Part shown: positions 31,799-40,625 of the stretch, in pieces
How positions within the stretch are numbered: the first letter of the stretch is position 1
Layout: each line of letters starts with the position of its first letter
The notes under the pieces: model-generated
What the model was told of the DNA's origin: nothing
The model's input: the letters and a program-made list of their open reading frames with translations, nothing else
Database searches by the model: none
Source: an uncultured Rikenellaceae bacterium
GTDB taxonomy: Bacteria > Bacteroidota > Bacteroidia > Bacteroidales > VadinHA17
Length of the DNA stretch: 50,780 nt
Assembly (NCBI GenBank): GCA_964535035.1
Contig: CAZHRV010000081.1
Coordinates: 1-50,780 of the forward strand
Reading direction: 5' to 3'
Program-made: the position numbers and the translations under genes

Positions 31799-34700
31799 TT
31801 ATTTATATTCATCCCAGCTCTTTATTGACAGTTCCTTTTCGCTCATTCGGCAAAAAGCAAGGATGAATGCACTCGCCAGCCTTGCATTTGTAAGAAGGGG
31901 AACGTTATAATCGACAGCGCTTCGTCTTATGGAATAATCATTATCAAGTTCTGAAGCGCTGAGGTTTTTCGGGATATTTACGACAAGATCCACCTCACGT
32001 GTCCTGATAAGTTCAATAGTGTTGGGTGATTTGTCTTCATCCGGCCAGTAAGCCACATGAGCTTCAACACCTGCATTTGTAAGAAATTGCTGTGTGCCCC
32101 TTGTAGCATAAAGCTTATGTCCCTTTTCACGAAGGGCTTTAGCACTGTTAAGAAGCTCTACCTTTGATCTTGCCGGGCCTGTGGAGAGAAGAACACTTTT
32201 TTCAGGCACCTTGTAGCCAACTGAGAACATTGCTTTAAGTATTGCTTCGTAGAAACCTTCTCCTATGCATCCCACCTCACCTGTTGATGCCATATCGACT
32301 CCAAGCACAGGATCGGCCTTTGCCAGGCGTGAAAAACTGAACTGTGGTGCTTTCACTCCCACATAATCGAGCTCAAAAACCGATTTATCAGGTTTTTCGG
32401 CAGGAATACCCAGCATTACTTTTGTTGCAAGTTCTATCAGGTTCGATTTGAGGACTTTGGAAACAAAGGGCATGCTTCGGCTTGCCCTGAGGTTGCACTC
32501 AATAACCTTAATGTCATTGTCTCTGGCAAGGTACTGTATGTTAAACGGACCGGTTATATTAAGCTCTTTTGCGATATGGCGGGAGATACGTTTAATGCGC
32601 CTGACAGTTTCAAAATATATCTTCTGGGGAGGAAAGACAATTGTGGCATCGCCGGAATGGACCCCGGCAAATTCGACATGTTCACTGATGGCGTAGGCCA
32701 GTATTTCTCCCTCTCTGGCAACTGCATCAATCTCAATCTCCTTGGCGCTCTCAATAAATTCTGATACAACTACCGGGTATTGCTTAGATATCCGGGCAGC
32801 CAGGTCAAGAAAGTGAATCAGCTCATTTTTGTTTGAGACTACATTCATTGCAGCGCCTGAAAGTACATAGGAGGGTCTTATAAGGACAGGGAATCCTATG
32901 CGGTCAACAAAGTTAAAAATATCCTGTGTTGATGAGAGCTCTTTCCACCGGGGCTGATCAACAGACATGTTATCCAGCATTTCTGAAAATTTATGTCTGT
33001 TCTCTGCCCGGTCAATAGATACGGGGGAGGTACCCATGACAGGTACATTCTCTTTAAACAGCCTCATTGCAAGGTTATTCGGTATCTGTCCGCCCACTGA
33101 TACAATTACGCCGCCCGGATTTTCCAGATCTATTATATCAAGTACCCTTTCAAAGGTAAGCTCATCGAAATAGAGCCTGTCGCATATATCATAGTCGGTA
33201 CTTACAGTTTCCGGATTATAATTTATCATTATCGACCGGAATCCCTCTTTCCTTATTGTCTCTATTGCATTTACCGAGCACCAGTCGAATTCCACGCTGG
33301 AGCCGATCCTGTATGCACCGGAACCCAGTACTATTACAGACTTCCTGTCGTTTTCATATTGTATATCGTGCTCTGATGCACTGTATGTAAGATAAAGGTA
33401 ATTTGTTACTGCAGGATATTCAGCAGCAAGTGTGTCAATCTGGTTAACATATGGAACAATTCCAAGTGATTTCCTGTGATTTCTCACTTTCATCAGGTCA
33501 TCATTGATCTGGGCAGGTACTGACTTCAGGACATGCCTTGCTATCTGGAAATCGCTGAATCCGTGTACTTTAACGTGGACAAGAAGCTCCTGCGGAATAC
33601 TTTCAATAGTTTTGTATTTACACAGTACATCTTTAATGTTTATTATATTCCTGAGTTTGAAAAGAAACCATTTATCAATCCGCGTAAGTTCATATATCCT
33701 GTTGATCGATATCCCTTTCTCAAGAGCTTCCGCTATTGAAAAGATCCTCATGTCGGTTGGTTCTGACAGTTCGGTTTCTATTTCTCTGAATTTCAATTCC
33801 CTGTTGCCGGTAAAACCATGCATTCCCTGGCCGATCATTCTCAAACCTTTCTGGATGGCCTCTTCGAAATTTCTGCCTATCGACATTACCTCACCGACGC
33901 TTTTCATGCTGCTGCCAATTGTATGAGATACTCCCTGGAATTTATTCAGGTCCCACCGTGGTATTTTGCATACGATATAATCAAGTGCAGGTTCGAAAAA
34001 GGCTGTAGTATTTTTTGTCACAGAGTTTTTCAGCTCATGCAGACCATATCCAATGCCAAGTTTTGCTGCAATGAAGGCAAGAGGATACCCTGTGGCTTTT
34101 GAGGCCAGAGCACTTGACCGTGACAGCCTGGCATTGACCTCAATGACACGATAATCTTCTGAGTTGGGAGAGAGGGCATATTGAACATTACATTCACCAA
34201 TGATCCCTATGTGTCTTATTATTTTGATTGACAGCTCCCTCAGTTTATGATATTCACTGTTGGTCAGAGTCTGGGAGGGTGCCACAACAATACTTTCACC
34301 GGTATGGATCCCAAGAGGATCGAAGTTCTCCATGTTGCATACAGTGATACAGTTGTCATGCCTGTCCCTTACAACCTCATATTCGACCTCTTTCCATCCT
34401 TTCAGGCTCTCTTCTACAAGGATCTGGTCAGTATATGAGAATGCTCTGGCTGAAAGATTTTGTAATTCCCCGGCATCGGAAGCAAAACCACTGCCCTGAC
34501 CGCCAAGGGTATATGCAGCTCTGATGATTACTGGAAATCCAAGGTTTTCAGCAGCTTCAAGAGCCTTTTCAACACCGGTTACCGCAATACTCCGGGGTGT
34601 CTTTATTTCTATTTCATTCAGTCTTGTTACGAACAGCTCCCGGTCCTCGGTGTCCATAATTGCAGCAACCGGTGTTCCCAGCACCTTTACGCCGTACTTT

Positions 34701-35020
34701 TCAAATACTCCCGATAAATACAATTTTGTACCACAGTTGAGAGCAGTCTGACCTCCGAATGAGAGCAATATACCATCCGGCCTCTCTTTTTCAATAACTC
34801 TTTCAACAAAATAAGGATTTACAGGAAGAAAATATATCTTGTCTGCAAGCTTTTCTGATGTCTGTACGGTTGCAATGTTGGGATTTATAAGTATAGTCCT
34901 GATACCCTCCTCCTGTAATGCCTTAAGCGCCTGGGAACCAGAATAATCAAACTCGCCGGCCTCGCCTATCTTGAGCGCCCCTGAACCCAGGATTATTACT
35001 GTTTTTAAATCAGTATCCAT
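31799..35020 (-). CDS. carB: Carbamoyl-phosphate synthase large subunit
   Basis: GEAGEFDYSGSQA, IEVNARLSRSSALASKATG, EFDWC, two ATP-grasp domains, MGS domain; start ATG 35020. Confidence 0.97.
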   Translation of the reverse strand: MDTDLKTVIILGSGALKIGEAGEFDYSGSQALKALQEEGIRTILINPNIATVQTSEKLADKIYFLPVNPYFVERVIEKERPDGILLSFGGQTALNCGTKLYLSGVFEKYGVKVLGTPVAAIMDTEDRELFVTRLNEIEIKTPRSIAVTGVEKALEAAENLGFPVIIRAAYTLGGQGSGFASDAGELQNLSARAFSYTDQILVEESLKGWKEVEYEVVRDRHDNCITVCNMENFDPLGIHTGESIVVAPSQTLTNSEYHKLRELSIKIIRHIGIIGECNVQYALSPNSEDYRVIEVNARLSRSSALASKATGYPLAFIAAKLGIGYGLHELKNSVTKNTTAFFEPALDYIVCKIPRWDLNKFQGVSHTIGSSMKSVGEVMSIGRNFEEAIQKGLRMIGQGMHGFTGNRELKFREIETELSEPTDMRIFSIAEALEKGISINRIYELTRIDKWFLFKLRNIINIKDVLCKYKTIESIPQELLVHVKVHGFSDFQIARHVLKSVPAQINDDLMKVRNHRKSLGIVPYVNQIDTLAAEYPAVTNYLYLTYSASEHDIQYENDRKSVIVLGSGAYRIGSSVEFDWCSVNAIETIRKEGFRSIMINYNPETVSTDYDICDRLYFDELTFERVLDIIDLENPGGVIVSVGGQIPNNLAMRLFKENVPVMGTSPVSIDRAENRHKFSEMLDNMSVDQPRWKELSSTQDIFNFVDRIGFPVLIRPSYVLSGAAMNVVSNKNELIHFLDLAARISKQYPVVVSEFIESAKEIEIDAVAREGEILAYAISEHVEFAGVHSGDATIVFPPQKIYFETVRRIKRISRHIAKELNITGPFNIQYLARDNDIKVIECNLRASRSMPFVSKVLKSNLIELATKVMLGIPAEKPDKSVFELDYVGVKAPQFSFSRLAKADPVLGVDMASTGEVGCIGEGFYEAILKAMFSVGYKVPEKSVLLSTGPARSKVELLNSAKALREKGHKLYATRGTQQFLTNAGVEAHVAYWPDEDKSPNTIELIRTREVDLVVNIPKNLSASELDNDYSIRRSAVDYNVPLLTNARLASAFILAFCRMSEKELSIKSWDEYK

Positions 35021-35036
35021 CTGTGAGATTTGAAAG

Positions 35037-35044
35037 CAAAAATA
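35037..35044 (-). promoter_or_regulatory. Bacteroidota -7 element directly upstream of carB
   Basis: TATTTTTG on minus strand, 16 nt before ATG. Confidence 0.5.
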
Positions 35045-35081
35045 ACACAATTTTCATATCAGTGTGTTGCGGAATAAAAAT

Positions 35082-35120
35082 AATGAATATATTTGCAGAA
35101 ATAATGCATAAATATGCAAA
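35082..35120 (+). promoter_or_regulatory. Tandem ARG boxes overlapping argR promoter and start codon
   Basis: AATGAATATATTTGCAGA (35082-35099), 3-nt spacer, AATGCATAAATATGCAAA (35103-35120); TATATTTG -7 element at 35088-35095. Confidence 0.82.
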
Positions 35121-35593
35121 AGGTAAAAAGATTACTGGCAATTGAAAAAATAATTGCTAAAGCAAACATAACATCACAGGAGGTGCTGTTAAAGAAGCTT
35201 GCAGGCAAAGGTATAGCTTGTACGCAGGCCACTCTTTCACGCGACTTGAAGCAACTGGGAGCAGGAAGGATTTCTGACGGCAGGGGAGGTTGCATCTATT
35301 CTTTACCGGAATACGGTAAAAATCCGGCTCTGATTCAGGGTAAACAGCAGCTTTTACCTGTTATCTTCGATCTTGTTGATGCCCGGGGTCTTTTGGTAAT
35401 AAGAACTCTGCCCGGAAATGCAAACAGCACGGCATATTACATCGACAATGCCTCGCGATATGAGATTGCCGGCACAATTGCAGGTGATGATACAATCCTT
35501 GTAATTCCCCGTGACGGGATAACAATTTCCCAGATACACACATGTCTTGAGACAATAATTCCGGGTTTGCACGGGAAGATTAAGAAAAAATAG
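35114..35593 (+). CDS. argR: Arginine repressor
   Basis: TQATLSRDL, RTLPGNA, IAGTIAGDDTI. Confidence 0.96.
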   Translation: MQKVKRLLAIEKIIAKANITSQEVLLKKLAGKGIACTQATLSRDLKQLGAGRISDGRGGCIYSLPEYGKNPALIQGKQQLLPVIFDLVDARGLLVIRTLPGNANSTAYYIDNASRYEIAGTIAGDDTILVIPRDGITISQIHTCLETIIPGLHGKIKKK

Positions 35594-35654
35594 TTTAGTA
35601 AAGAATGAAATACCAGAGAAACCAATCTATAATTGATAATTAAATATTATAAAC

Positions 35655-36887
35655 ATGAAGGAAAAAGTAGTACTGGCATACAGTGGAGGACTGGATACAT
35701 CGGTTATTCTAAAATGGCTGATAGACAAGGATTATGATGTAATTGCGTTCGTGGCAGATGTGGGGCAGAAAGAGAACTTTGGAGAGTGCAAGAAAAAAGC
35801 ATTAATGCTTGGAGCCTCAAAAGTGATTATTTCTGACCTGAAAAGAGAATTTGTAGAGAATTATGTTTTAAAGGCAATAATGGCAAATGCGATATATGAG
35901 GACAGGTATCTGCTGGGTACTGCGCTGGCAAGACCCCTTATAGCAAAGAAGCAGATTGAAGTAGCAAGACAGGAGGGAGCAAATGCAGTGGCTCATGGAG
36001 CAACCGGAAAAGGAAACGACCAGGTCAGATTTGAACTTTGTTATTATGCTCTCATGCCTGGAGTGAAAGTAATCTCACCGTGGAAAGACAGAGAATTTCT
36101 GGCTACATTCAAAGGCAGGACAGATCTTCTGAAATATGCCGGGGAAAATAAAATACCTGTAAAGGCAAGCATAGATAAACCTTACAGCGAAGATGATAAC
36201 TTAATGCATATAAGCCATGAAGCAGGTGTCCTGGAAGATCCTATGTTTTCAATAAACAAGGATATGCTTGAAAAGATGGTAATGCCCCAGGATGCACCGG
36301 ATAAAGAAACAAGAATCGTTATTAAGTTTAAAGACGGACTCCCGGTGAAGGTGATAAACAAGGATGATGGTACTGTAACGGAAGATTTATATGAAATGTA
36401 TATATACCTGAATAAAATTGCAGGGGAAAACGGTATCGGCCTTCTCGACATGGTTGAAAACAGGTTTGTCGGCATTAAATCCAGAGGAGTCTATGAAACT
36501 CCTGCTGCAACAGTTCTTCACATAGCTCATAAGGATATTGAAGGAATCGCCATGGACAGGGAAGTTATGAGACTGGTTAATATGCTTACGCCGAAGTTTG
36601 CCGAGATCATCTACAACGGATTCTGGTTCAGTCCTGAAATGGATTTCCTCATGGCGGCAATCAAAAAGAGCCAGGAACTTATTGATGGCAGCGTTCACCT
36701 GTGCCTTTATAAAGGGAATGTGATTATAGAGGGACGCGAATCACCATCCTCACTGTATAATGAAAAGTTGTCAAGCATGGATATTGAAGGTGGTTTTGAC
36801 CAGACTGACAGCAAAGGTTTTATAAAGATCAATGCCATAAGGTTGATGGCCCACAGGGCAATAGTCGAACAAAGCAAGAAGAAATAA
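35655..36887 (+). CDS. argG: Argininosuccinate synthase
   Basis: [34 protein letters not shown]. Confidence 0.98.
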   Translation: MKEKVVLAYSGGLDTSVILKWLIDKDYDVIAFVADVGQKENFGECKKKALMLGASKVIISDLKREFVENYVLKAIMANAIYEDRYLLGTALARPLIAKKQIEVARQEGANAVAHGATGKGNDQVRFELCYYALMPGVKVISPWKDREFLATFKGRTDLLKYAGENKIPVKASIDKPYSEDDNLMHISHEAGVLEDPMFSINKDMLEKMVMPQDAPDKETRIVIKFKDGLPVKVINKDDGTVTEDLYEMYIYLNKIAGENGIGLLDMVENRFVGIKSRGVYETPAATVLHIAHKDIEGIAMDREVMRLVNMLTPKFAEIIYNGFWFSPEMDFLMAAIKKSQELIDGSVHLCLYKGNVIIEGRESPSSLYNEKLSSMDIEGGFDQTDSKGFIKINAIRLMAHRAIVEQSKKK

Positions 36888-36898
36888 TGTAATGATCA

Positions 36899-36999
36899 GG
36901 CCCCGATTACAACCGAGCAAATGGCACGGATTACAAATCCGCGCCGGCGGAACCAAGTAACATCATTTGCGAGCTCGCTAAAAGCAAATCGGCGCCAGC
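36899..36999. repeat. Nested REP-like palindromic element between argG and argH
   Basis: Outer arms GGCCCCGATT/AATCGGCGCC; inner hairpin GGCACGGATT-ACA-AATCCGCGCC; palindrome GCGAGCTCGC. Confidence 0.7.
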
Positions 37000-37040
37000 A
37001 AAAAGGATTTGGATTTGTGTACTAAAATATAAAAGTCTAT

Positions 37041-38381
37041 ATGAAACTCTGGGAAAAAGGGATAAATCCCGAACCTGCAATAATTGATTTCACTGCAGGA
37101 AAAGACAGAAAGACCGATCTTCATCTTACAAAGTGGGATATTATCGGATCAATGGCTCATGTAATAATGTTGCATGATGTCGGATTGATACTTAACGAGG
37201 AAAAAAATGATCTTCTGAAGGCTCTTAACTCCATTCTTAAATGCGATGAACAGGGAACTCTTGTAATAGAAGATGATATGGAAGACATCCATTCTCAGAT
37301 TGAAAAAGAGATGGCATCAATTCTCGGAACAACGGGCAAGAAGATCCATACCGGCAGATCAAGAAATGATCAGGTTCTTGTCGATATCAGGCTGTATACC
37401 CGTGAGGAAATTGACAATCTTTCCGTTCTGGTTGCAAGACTCTTTAGCAGGCTTCAGGAACTGAGCGAACAATATAAAGAGGTTCTCCTGCCCGGCTATA
37501 CACATATGCAGCCTGCAATGCTTTCGTCATTCGGGTTATGGTTCGGAGCTTATGGAGAATGCCTGGCTGATGATATACTCCTTCTTAATGAAGCCAGAGC
37601 CCTGAACAACAGGAATCCGCTTGGAACAGCAGCCGGTTTTGGCACAACCCTCCCTCTTAACAGAAAGCTGACATCGGAACTACTGGAATTTGATGATTTG
37701 CTGTATAATTCAGCATATGCAAGCCTGAGCAGGGGAAAGGTGGAAATGGCTGTTACTTCGGCCCTTGCTTCACTGGCACAAACTCTTTCACGTTTCTCAA
37801 TGGATATATGTCTCTATATGAGCTCTGAATTCAGATTCATAGATTTTCCCGATGAATATATTACAGGTTCAAGCATCATGCCTCAAAAAAGAAACCCTGA
37901 TGTATTCGAGATCATAAGGGGACGATCAAATATAATTCAGACGCTTCCAGGCCAGGTTGCTATTTTAACTTCAAACCTGCAATCGGGATATAATCGTGAT
38001 CTTCAGCTGCTTAAGCAACTTGTCTTCGATTCATTCTCTGAAATAAAAGAGTGTATTGAAATAATGCTTTTAATGCTGAAAAATATAAAGGTCAGGAAGA
38101 ATATAACAGACAATCCTTTATATAACACGATTTTCAGCACCGAAGAGGTCAACAGGCTTGTCAAAGAGAGGATTCCTTTCCGTGATGCATATAAAGCGGT
38201 TTCAGAGATGGTTAAAAACTCAACCTTTTCAAAGACTACAGTATCCGATTATGTTCATGAGGGAAGTATTGGAAACCTGTGTAATAAGGAGATCGCGGAG
38301 ATCTTCAAAGAAAGGATGAAATGTTTTAAGAACAGATCTGCTGAAGATCTGGCGAACAAGATGATGGAACATGTCAGGTAG
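37041..38381 (+). CDS. argH: Argininosuccinate lyase
   Basis: MKLWEKG, HTGRSRNDQ, PGYTHMQ, TGSSIMPQKRNPD. Confidence 0.97.
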   Translation: MKLWEKGINPEPAIIDFTAGKDRKTDLHLTKWDIIGSMAHVIMLHDVGLILNEEKNDLLKALNSILKCDEQGTLVIEDDMEDIHSQIEKEMASILGTTGKKIHTGRSRNDQVLVDIRLYTREEIDNLSVLVARLFSRLQELSEQYKEVLLPGYTHMQPAMLSSFGLWFGAYGECLADDILLLNEARALNNRNPLGTAAGFGTTLPLNRKLTSELLEFDDLLYNSAYASLSRGKVEMAVTSALASLAQTLSRFSMDICLYMSSEFRFIDFPDEYITGSSIMPQKRNPDVFEIIRGRSNIIQTLPGQVAILTSNLQSGYNRDLQLLKQLVFDSFSEIKECIEIMLLMLKNIKVRKNITDNPLYNTIFSTEEVNRLVKERIPFRDAYKAVSEMVKNSTFSKTTVSDYVHEGSIGNLCNKEIAEIFKERMKCFKNRSAEDLANKMMEHVR

Positions 38382-38405
38382 CCCCCCTTAAGGTGGTGTG
38401 GATCA

Positions 38406-39482
38406 TCAGTGCTTTTTAATATTATCTATGAACACATCAAAGAGGTAATCCGTATCCGTAGGTCCGCCGGAAGCTTCAGGATGAAATTGAGTAGAAAAGA
38501 AGGGCTTTGTTTTATGATGCATTCCCTCATTGGTTTTATCGTTTATATTGATGAAGAGTGGATCCCAGTCCTTGTCCAGTGTATCGTTATCAACAGCATA
38601 TCCGTGGTTCTGTGATGTGATGTATGCCTTATTGGTCCCGATTTTTATCACAGGCTGGTTATGACTCCTGTGTCCGTATTTAAGCTTATATGTGTCAGCA
38701 CCTGAAGCAAGAGCCATCAGCTGGTTACCGAGACAGATTCCGAAGACAGGGATATCTTTCTCAAATGATCTTTTTATGTTTTCTATTGTAGCGGTACACA
38801 TTTTGGGATCACCCGGCCCGTTTGAAAGGAAAAGCCCGTCGTACTCCTCGTCGTGGTAGTCGTAATCCCACGGAACTCTGATTATTGTAGTATCACGCTT
38901 CAGCAGGTTTCTGATTATGTTATACTTAACGCCGCAATCTACCAGGAGTATTTTATATTTTCCCGATCCATAGGTTTTCTTTTCATGAGTACTGACTTCA
39001 GCTACCAGGTTTACTTTATTAGGATCAAAAAAGGGTATCTCTGTTCCTTCTGGTTCAATTTTACCAGGCATTGTTCCATTTTCCCGGATTCTTTTTGTAA
39101 GGGCCCTTGTGTCTATTCCATATACTCCGGGGATACTGTTTCTGAGGAGCCATTCATGAAGGCTTTCTGATGCATTCCAATGGCTGTATTCAAAAGAATA
39201 ATCAGATACTATTAAACCTGAAATATGTATTGATGAAGACTCATAAAACCTGTAAAGATCATTCTCTTCGCTTTTTGCCGGTGCTCCGTAATTTCCAACC
39301 AGGGGATATGTCAGACAAAGGATCTGTCCGCGGTATGACGGATCGGTAAGACTTTCAGGATAACCGGTCATTGCAGTATTGAACACTACTTCTCCTGCAG
39401 CAGGAACCGGTGCTCCAAAAGATCGGCCGCGGTATATTGTTCCGTCTTCCAATACCAGCCTAACCTTCATCTTATCATTCAT
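38406..39482 (-). CDS. carA: Carbamoyl-phosphate synthase small subunit
   Basis: GEVVFNT, LTDPSY, SNGPGDP, GICLGNQ, SQNHGY, QFHPE. Confidence 0.97.
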   Translation of the reverse strand: MNDKMKVRLVLEDGTIYRGRSFGAPVPAAGEVVFNTAMTGYPESLTDPSYRGQILCLTYPLVGNYGAPAKSEENDLYRFYESSSIHISGLIVSDYSFEYSHWNASESLHEWLLRNSIPGVYGIDTRALTKRIRENGTMPGKIEPEGTEIPFFDPNKVNLVAEVSTHEKKTYGSGKYKILLVDCGVKYNIIRNLLKRDTTIIRVPWDYDYHDEEYDGLFLSNGPGDPKMCTATIENIKRSFEKDIPVFGICLGNQLMALASGADTYKLKYGHRSHNQPVIKIGTNKAYITSQNHGYAVDNDTLDKDWDPLFININDKTNEGMHHKTKPFFSTQFHPEASGGPTDTDYLFDVFIDNIKKH

Positions 39483-39500
39483 CCGGTCATCTACATTTTA

Positions 39501-39532
39501 TTCAGGTAAGCAGGTTCACTGCTTAACCTGAA
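39501..39532 (-). other. Hairpin in predicted carA 5' leader
   Basis: TTCAGGTAAGCAG-GTTCA-CTGCTTAACCTGAA: 13 bp with a one-base bulge. Confidence 0.55.
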
Positions 39533-39552
39533 AGGGTCTTATTTCAAAGGGT

Positions 39553-39560
39553 CAAATATA
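39553..39560 (-). promoter_or_regulatory. Bacteroidota -7 element upstream of carA
   Basis: TATATTTG on minus strand. Confidence 0.55.
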
Positions 39561-39741
39561 ATTAAAACATTTATAAACGGGCGATAGTGAAATGGCAGAA
39601 CTCTTACAATATGATACATTAAACTTGCATTATGTTGTACTGATTTAAAATTCAATTTAGAAATCTTGTAGGAGTTTATTTAATATTTTTATTACTTTTA
39701 TGGGCGATTTTTAATATGGTCATTAATTAAAATAGAATTTT

Positions 39742-40560
39742 ATGAAAAGAGCTATAGCAGTGGTTATACTTCCGTTTGTTTTATTATGCTTTGCAGGTGT
39801 TACGTCTTGTAAATCAGGGAAAAATACTGAACAGAAAAAGGTTGAACTTGAGCAGGTAAAAACAATAGAAAATGAGATTGAATCCAATGTTTACCCTCTG
39901 CCTTCATCGGCTGAAGTTATCAAGATGCTCTCTGACCTTGAGGTTGGTTACATATTTGGAATATCCAATCCTGTTGAAAATACTAAAAAGTACTTCACCA
40001 ACACAGCCAGAGCTATAAACATGGGGGTATTTGGCGCTGATCTGAGCTATGCAACATTATATAATATTCAGCAGGAGGTTATAAACTACCTGTCTGCCAT
40101 CCAGTCTCTTGCTGCTGAGATTAATATGTCACAGATCTATGATGAGACATTATATGACAGGATAAAGCAAAATTTTGATTACAAGGACAGACTTGTTGAG
40201 GTCCTTACAGAAGCATTTGACGCCACCTATTCTTATCTGAGTGATAATGACCAGCAGTCTCTGGCTTTGCTGGTTGTCGGTGGAGCCTGGGTTGAGGGAA
40301 TGTATCTCACAACACATGTTACGGAAGCCGCATATCAGGTAGCAGGAATAGCAAAAAACCTTCTTGAACAGAAGAACTCATTCGAACTTTATCTCGAAAT
40401 CACCAAACCATATGAGGATGATCCTATCTTGAGTGATTTTGTCAAAAAGCTGGATCCCATTAAGAAGGTATATGAGGGACTGAGTACAAGCCTTACACAG
40501 AAAGACATTATGGACATAACAAAGGCAATGGAAGAAGTAAGAAGCCTGATTGTACAATAA
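39742..40560 (+). CDS. Uncharacterised alpha-helical lipoprotein
   Basis: Lipobox VTSC (C23); acidic amphipathic-helical sequence; no catalytic motif recognised. Confidence 0.8.
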   Translation: MKRAIAVVILPFVLLCFAGVTSCKSGKNTEQKKVELEQVKTIENEIESNVYPLPSSAEVIKMLSDLEVGYIFGISNPVENTKKYFTNTARAINMGVFGADLSYATLYNIQQEVINYLSAIQSLAAEINMSQIYDETLYDRIKQNFDYKDRLVEVLTEAFDATYSYLSDNDQQSLALLVVGGAWVEGMYLTTHVTEAAYQVAGIAKNLLEQKNSFELYLEITKPYEDDPILSDFVKKLDPIKKVYEGLSTSLTQKDIMDITKAMEEVRSLIVQ

Positions 40561-40577
40561 ATAAAAAATGAGTCTCC

Positions 40578-40612
40578 GGCCGCAAAAAAATCTGACTTTG
40601 CGGTCTTTTTTT
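40578..40612 (+). terminator. Intrinsic terminator-like hairpin between lipoprotein and ABC gene
   Basis: GGCCGCAAA / TTTGCGGTC stem followed by T7. Confidence 0.62.
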
Positions 40613-40625
40613 AGTTGATGTCTTC

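Noticed and set aside
38382-38405. CCCCCCTTAAGGTGG as a bidirectional terminator
   Set aside because: Stem is short and mismatched, with no U tracts
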